This document shows, one piece after another, positions 59,133-64,000 of a stretch of DNA of 64,000 nt. Below the pieces are notes generated by a model. That model saw only the letters and a list, made by a program, of their open reading frames with translations, was not told the DNA's origin and made no database searches. The position numbers and the translations under genes are program-made. The DNA comes from Paraphysomonas bandaiensis (taxonomy: Eukaryota; Protista; Chrysophyceae), in assembly GCA_965644295.1 (NCBI GenBank), contig CBFFRP010000263.1, forward strand, positions 496,001 to 560,000, in the 5' to 3' direction. Positions within the stretch are counted from its first letter, which is position 1; each line of letters starts with the position of its first letter.

Positions 59133-62100
59133 TTAACCTCTTCGGGGTCGTTTCTTCTGCTGCTCCTCCACACTGTTAGACACACTCCTCTTAACCCCGG
59201 TAATCGTTTTCTCATGACGGCTGAAGATCTTCGTGGACAACGCCTTTGTAAAAATATCGGCCGCCATATCATCCGTAGATACATGAATCAACTTTGCTGT
59301 AGGAAATTTTCCATTAACATGTTCTCTTATCCAGTGATACTTGATGTCAATATGCTTCGACCTCTTATGGTACACTGGATTCTCTGAAAGATCCTTTGCA
59401 CTCTTACTATCCATAAAGAATGGAGTCGGCTTCGCTACCAAGAGTCCGAGCTCCTTGAACACCCCCCGAAGCCACACCAGTTCTTGCAAAGCCGCATACT
59501 CCGCCATATACTCAGATTCCATGCTCGAAGTCGCAACTGTGGTCTGAAGCTTGGACTGCCAGGCCAAAGCGCCCGCACATAAAAGCACGATGTATCCCGT
59601 TGTGGACCGCCTAGTCATCCTATCACCAGCCCAGTCTGAATCACTGAATACATGTAAATCAAACTCACTCCCACTGAATCTGATTCCCTTATCAACTGTA
59701 CCACGTAAATATTTCAACAAATGAATAGCTAATCTGCAAGTCGCATATGTTGGAGAAGTACTAAATCGAGCCAATAACCCCACAGCGTAAGCCAGATCAG
59801 GTCTAGTGTGAATCGCCAAATGCAACACCGCTCCAATAATTCCTCTATACGGAAATGATTCGACCCACTGCTTCTGCTCCTCCGTCAGCTCACGTTGCTC
59901 TGCCAACAAATCCTGAACATTGGTAGGTAGTGGAGTCTCCTTATTCTTACTGCTCTTTCCCATAAACGAACTGAATTTCTTTACAATATTCTTGGCATAT
60001 TCCGATTGATCTAACATGTACCAGTCCTCGCCTCTCGTGATTCTGATATTCAGAAACCGTTTGCACACACCCAGATCGTGCATTTCAAACGTTTCGCAGA
60101 ACCTACGTTTAACACTTTCTAAGTAGGTGAGATCAGCAGATGCAATGATAATATCATCAACATATATCAGCAATAAGTGCAATTGACCATTACTCCATCG
60201 CATATACAAGCATGTATCTAAAATGCAAGCAGTAAAATGTAACGATTTGATGAACTTGTCAATATGCTTGTTCCACTGCCTCGGTGATGACCGCAAACCA
60301 TATAAGGCCTTGATCAATTGAAAACACCACCCCGCTGGCAACTCTTCATCAGGTGGAGGTGCCATATAAACATCCTCTTCAAGATCGGCATAACAAAACG
60401 CTGATGATACGTCCAACTGATGTACATGCATATGAAACATAAAGGCAATTGCAAGCACCAGTCGAATGGTTATTCCTTTGACCACTGGAGCAAACGTGGA
60501 CTGCTCCTCCTCCGTTTTTTCTTGTAGATTCCCTAATGCAACCAGCCGCGCCTTATACTTGACTACATTCCCCAGAAGGTCTCTCTTCACCGTGTGAACA
60601 TACTTTGCTCGCACCAACTTCACTCCTCGTGGAGTCCGCACAATCTTTAAGACACGTCTCTTCAGTAGTGAGGTCTTCTCCACCTTCCGAGCTTCTCTCC
60701 ACTTCATGTACTGTGGAGATCTCTCTGCTTCAGCATAGGAGTCTGGTATCTTAAAGTCATCATGTTGAAACTCTGCATGTTTAAAGTTAACAGTGCATGC
60801 ATCTGGCACCTCAACCATATTTATTTCTCCTAACACCGATGCGTTCGCCAACCTACGCTGTAGCCGTTTCCGCCGTACACGACCATCACCATCTAGTTCA
60901 ATAGGTCGTCTAGTAGATATATACGAACCCATACCTTGCTCATCCTGAGCCCGCAAATCTTGCGGTGTGGGAGGAGCCCCGCTCGCATCCCCAGACCCAT
61001 GGTCTGTCGAGGTCTGCAACCTCACGACTGTCTGTTGACAGGTTGGGTCAGGACTCTCCTGGAACCCTCCAGGTCTTCCCTGGTCCAGCTCCCTGGCTGG
61101 CGTAGTACTCAGGGCGTCCCCCTTTCCTATGTACCCGGTATTCCCGGGGGTTTCTGCAGTCATACGCACCACGTCTTCGACGTGTATAGGCACCCGGTGC
61201 TCTATATGCTCGCGACCTGCAGTAACAAGTGAACGGTATGCTACAATCACACCCTTACGTTCTACAACTCTTGTTGTCTTATACAGAAGTCCGTCCTCAT
61301 CATCAATATGATACGTTCCTTCTAAGCTGACATAGTCGGATGCAAGCTTGGGTCTAGCGGCCTCCCGCACTCGAAGAGCATCAATCTCTGCGAAATACTT
61401 CTCTGATCGTGATGGCGTTGACTCATCAGTCAATATATGGACTGTAGTCACCACCTTGTTTGATTCAGGAAGATATACATGGTATCCTACCTTCTCATCA
61501 GAGTAACCCATTAAATATCCAACTAGAGCCTTATCCTCCCAATCCTTTCGTCGATCCGCCTTCGGTGAAAGAACATAAGTTCGACACCCCCATACCCTAA
61601 GATATCTCAAATTTGGAGGCTCGCCCGTTAGAAACTCTATAGGAGACATATACCCTTTATCTGTTTTCGTTGGCAATCGAATCAAAATATATCTGGCTGC
61701 CATGTATGCATCCAGCCAAAATTGCGGTGGCAGTCCAGATTGGATTAGCATTGCAAGAGTCATCTCTCCAGCAGTTCTGAACTTCCTCTCCTCTATGGCA
61801 TTCATTTCTGGAGAGTCTGTTGAGCTCCACGTATGTTGATAGCACTCCTGTGTCCTAAGATACTGACGCAGCTCCTCACTGATTAATTCTCCTGCACCAT
61901 CGGCATGATAGTGCTCCATCTTGAGCTTGTACCTTCTAACATCTCCTCTAAATAGCTCTTTGAAGACTTCTAAGACCGCTTCCCCAGTTCTGTGGACTAA
62001 ACCCGTCGCCCAGAACATTTTGCTGGCATGATGCGTTATCTTTAACACATACCTCTCACCTCCTCTAGCAGGACAATTTAAGTACACAGCGATATCTGCT

Positions 62101-63890
62101 GAAAAATTCGGTCTAACGGAATTCTCGTCCTTCGTTCGGAAGCTGACTCGGGTTATCTTAGACCTGGCACACACATCACACAAACACTGATTTTTGTGTA
62201 CCTTGGCTGTGAGGTGTTTCCGTTTCAACCCTGTACCCATGATGAGCATCCTCTTATGTGCCTCCACTAACGCATGTTTGTTGAAGTGACCCGCTCTCCG
62301 ATGCAGCAACTCCAGCTCGTCCTCACCAGTCCTATCGCTAAGATTTACTTCACAATTACTCGGTGTAGACACATCTGGAAGCTCCAACAGCTGCTGAGTT
62401 GGAACTGCAGTCATTCCATTCTTCATGGGTCCCTCCAGTACCAGTTCACCAGTATTACAGTCATAAATTTGGATCCCATACCACACCGTGAATCGATAGC
62501 CCATTTCGTTCAGCTTACGTCCGGAGCACAGGCATCGATTGATCTGATCTGAAATTTCTATGTCTCTCCATGCTCCACGGGAACCCACACTTGTGATATG
62601 AATCTCTGATCCCTTCTTAGAGCCGTTTATCACCTTTGATGTATTCATATGAGTGTCAAGCATGGTCACATCATTCATCAAGAACATTGATGATGAACAG
62701 CAGGTGTCAATATATGTATAATGCATGTCATCATTTACACTACATATATTCGTTTCATGTATATTGCATGACAATTTCATAACATCCTCGATCATATTTG
62801 CTTCATCTTCATCAGAGAAATCTGCTGGTTCTCCACGCCGTATATTCTCTACTGTCAGCAGCCTTTTGTCCGGCTTCCTACCATGATTCTTCCCTTTCTC
62901 TCCTCTTCTAGAATGCTTTTTCTTCGTCGTTGGACAATCAGCAGCAAGATGTTCCAGAGACTTGCAATTTCTGCATCCCGTGTATTCAGCACTTCCAGGA
63001 CGCTGCCCTGATATCTCTCCATCCTTCTTCCTCTGCTTCCTCCTGCACTGTTCAGTTGAATGGCTATGAGAAATTCCTTCTTTCCTGCAATATCTACAGT
63101 TGCCCTTCTTACGCTTATCCCGTTCCGTTCGAGACCGTTTGCTCTTTTCAATGAAGTTCAGCTCCTCCACCTTCTTGCGTTTCCGCTCTAACGCAATCCT
63201 TCCAGGAATGGTATCATCATACCGTTCTATCTTCCTTGATAATGTTGCATAATCAACATCATCAGGCATCAAATACAAAGCAACATTCAGAGGAGCATAT
63301 TCTTCATTCAACAGACCTTCTCGTAACCGTGTTATTTTTGAGAGCTCCGATATGTCCTGCTGCTGCTCCTGTAGCTCTTTCAGCAGTATTTCAAACCGTA
63401 TTATATAGTCCTTCGCAGTCTCCTCCGGACGCATACGGAAAGAGCCATACTGAGTCAACAGCTCACTGATCTTGTTTTGCTTCCCTCCAGCAAAGCACTT
63501 CTTCAACTCATCAATCATAATATGCGCCTTAAACCTGTTGCTTCCCCTTCCATCAGCCTTGAACCCTTTATGTAGAAGATGGAATTTCTGAAGCGCCTTC
63601 GAAGATGATTGCACTGCCTCTCTGCAGTACGAATACGCTATGGCATTCGCCTTCCAGTACTTCTTCACAGCCTGTCTGTAAGACTTCTCCTCCATTAACG
63701 TGAGTGGCTGTTCCCCGAAGTCGCTCTCCTTCGGTGGTGGCTCCACAGCTACTTCACTTTGCTCTTTCCTCATGAGGAACGTTTCGAAGTCTTCAATCCA
63801 TTGTTCAACATTGCTCTCATTAAACTGTGGCACTACTCCTCTATCCTCCTTCTCTCCTCCTCGCTCGCTACCATGTTGAGAAACGCTCAT
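59133..63890 (-). CDS. Copia gag-pol polyprotein (Gag with zinc knuckles, protease, integrase, RT, RNase H)
   Basis: 1,585-aa uninterrupted ORF. CRNCKSLEHLAADC knuckle; IDTCCS protease site; HRRAGH..CDVC plus D-D-E integrase; YKARLVA, LYGLR and YVDD RT motifs; FSDSDWAG and KHIDIKYH RNase H motifs. Domain order is Copia-type (IN before RT). Confidence 0.97.
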   Translation of the reverse strand: MSVSQHGSERGGEKEDRGVVPQFNESNVEQWIEDFETFLMRKEQSEVAVEPPPKESDFGEQPLTLMEEKSYRQAVKKYWKANAIAYSYCREAVQSSSKALQKFHLLHKGFKADGRGSNRFKAHIMIDELKKCFAGGKQNKISELLTQYGSFRMRPEETAKDYIIRFEILLKELQEQQQDISELSKITRLREGLLNEEYAPLNVALYLMPDDVDYATLSRKIERYDDTIPGRIALERKRKKVEELNFIEKSKRSRTERDKRKKGNCRYCRKEGISHSHSTEQCRRKQRKKDGEISGQRPGSAEYTGCRNCKSLEHLAADCPTTKKKHSRRGEKGKNHGRKPDKRLLTVENIRRGEPADFSDEDEANMIEDVMKLSCNIHETNICSVNDDMHYTYIDTCCSSSMFLMNDVTMLDTHMNTSKVINGSKKGSEIHITSVGSRGAWRDIEISDQINRCLCSGRKLNEMGYRFTVWYGIQIYDCNTGELVLEGPMKNGMTAVPTQQLLELPDVSTPSNCEVNLSDRTGEDELELLHRRAGHFNKHALVEAHKRMLIMGTGLKRKHLTAKVHKNQCLCDVCARSKITRVSFRTKDENSVRPNFSADIAVYLNCPARGGERYVLKITHHASKMFWATGLVHRTGEAVLEVFKELFRGDVRRYKLKMEHYHADGAGELISEELRQYLRTQECYQHTWSSTDSPEMNAIEERKFRTAGEMTLAMLIQSGLPPQFWLDAYMAARYILIRLPTKTDKGYMSPIEFLTGEPPNLRYLRVWGCRTYVLSPKADRRKDWEDKALVGYLMGYSDEKVGYHVYLPESNKVVTTVHILTDESTPSRSEKYFAEIDALRVREAARPKLASDYVSLEGTYHIDDEDGLLYKTTRVVERKGVIVAYRSLVTAGREHIEHRVPIHVEDVVRMTAETPGNTGYIGKGDALSTTPARELDQGRPGGFQESPDPTCQQTVVRLQTSTDHGSGDASGAPPTPQDLRAQDEQGMGSYISTRRPIELDGDGRVRRKRLQRRLANASVLGEINMVEVPDACTVNFKHAEFQHDDFKIPDSYAEAERSPQYMKWREARKVEKTSLLKRRVLKIVRTPRGVKLVRAKYVHTVKRDLLGNVVKYKARLVALGNLQEKTEEEQSTFAPVVKGITIRLVLAIAFMFHMHVHQLDVSSAFCYADLEEDVYMAPPPDEELPAGWCFQLIKALYGLRSSPRQWNKHIDKFIKSLHFTACILDTCLYMRWSNGQLHLLLIYVDDIIIASADLTYLESVKRRFCETFEMHDLGVCKRFLNIRITRGEDWYMLDQSEYAKNIVKKFSSFMGKSSKNKETPLPTNVQDLLAEQRELTEEQKQWVESFPYRGIIGAVLHLAIHTRPDLAYAVGLLARFSTSPTYATCRLAIHLLKYLRGTVDKGIRFSGSEFDLHVFSDSDWAGDRMTRRSTTGYIVLLCAGALAWQSKLQTTVATSSMESEYMAEYAALQELVWLRGVFKELGLLVAKPTPFFMDSKSAKDLSENPVYHKRSKHIDIKYHWIREHVNGKFPTAKLIHVSTDDMAADIFTKALSTKIFSRHEKTITGVKRSVSNSVEEQQKKRPRRG

Positions 63891-64000
63891 TTTACACTAG
63901 ATCACAGAGAGAATTTGTCGTAAGACTAGATAGATTTATTAGTATCGTTTACACGAAGTTGTGATAACCAACACTAACTCATTATAATCCCTGCATAATA

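Larger units (their letters stand above)
58660..64000 (-). mobile_element. Ty1/Copia LTR retrotransposon, apparently intact; 5' LTR cut by the window end
   Basis: LTRs at 58660-~58953 and 63874->64000, identical over the 127 bp that can be compared. PBS TGGTAGCGAGCG directly after the 5' LTR; PPT GAGTGGGAG next to the 3' LTR. Confidence 0.96.

Overview
Eukaryotic nuclear DNA with short GT-AG introns and AT-rich intergenic regions. Gene content and style suggest a stramenopile, possibly a chrysophyte/ochrophyte (inference only). From 1 to 45 kb it is gene-dense, with most genes in head-to-head pairs: an AGC-type kinase, tRNA-Lys(CTT), tRNA-Ala(AGC), a helical-repeat protein, an EF-hand protein, CSN1, an ankyrin protein, XPG, an RBR E3 ligase, an alpha/beta-hydrolase, a membrane TKL kinase, a giant ~3,676-aa single-pass protein built from ~51 Ser-rich 192/198-bp repeats, Oxa1, and a 2,594-aa DEK1-like multi-pass calpain lacking its catalytic Cys and His. 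Two transposon nests follow. At 45.2-48.9 kb, a hAT relic contains a ~510-bp SINE-like element, which in turn contains an RNase H-bearing LINE; the SINE and the LINE each have clear TSDs. At 54.3-64 kb there is a Crypton-type tyrosine-recombinase relic, then a piggyBac-like relic interrupted by a second LINE copy and abutted by a Ty1/Copia element with an intact ORF. A TPR-RCC1-filamin gene and a sterol desaturase-family gene lie between the nests. The best candidates for new biology are the protease-dead transmembrane calpain, the giant Ser-rich surface protein, and a LINE/SINE partnership sharing a structured 68-nt 3' motif (four full copies and one fragment).
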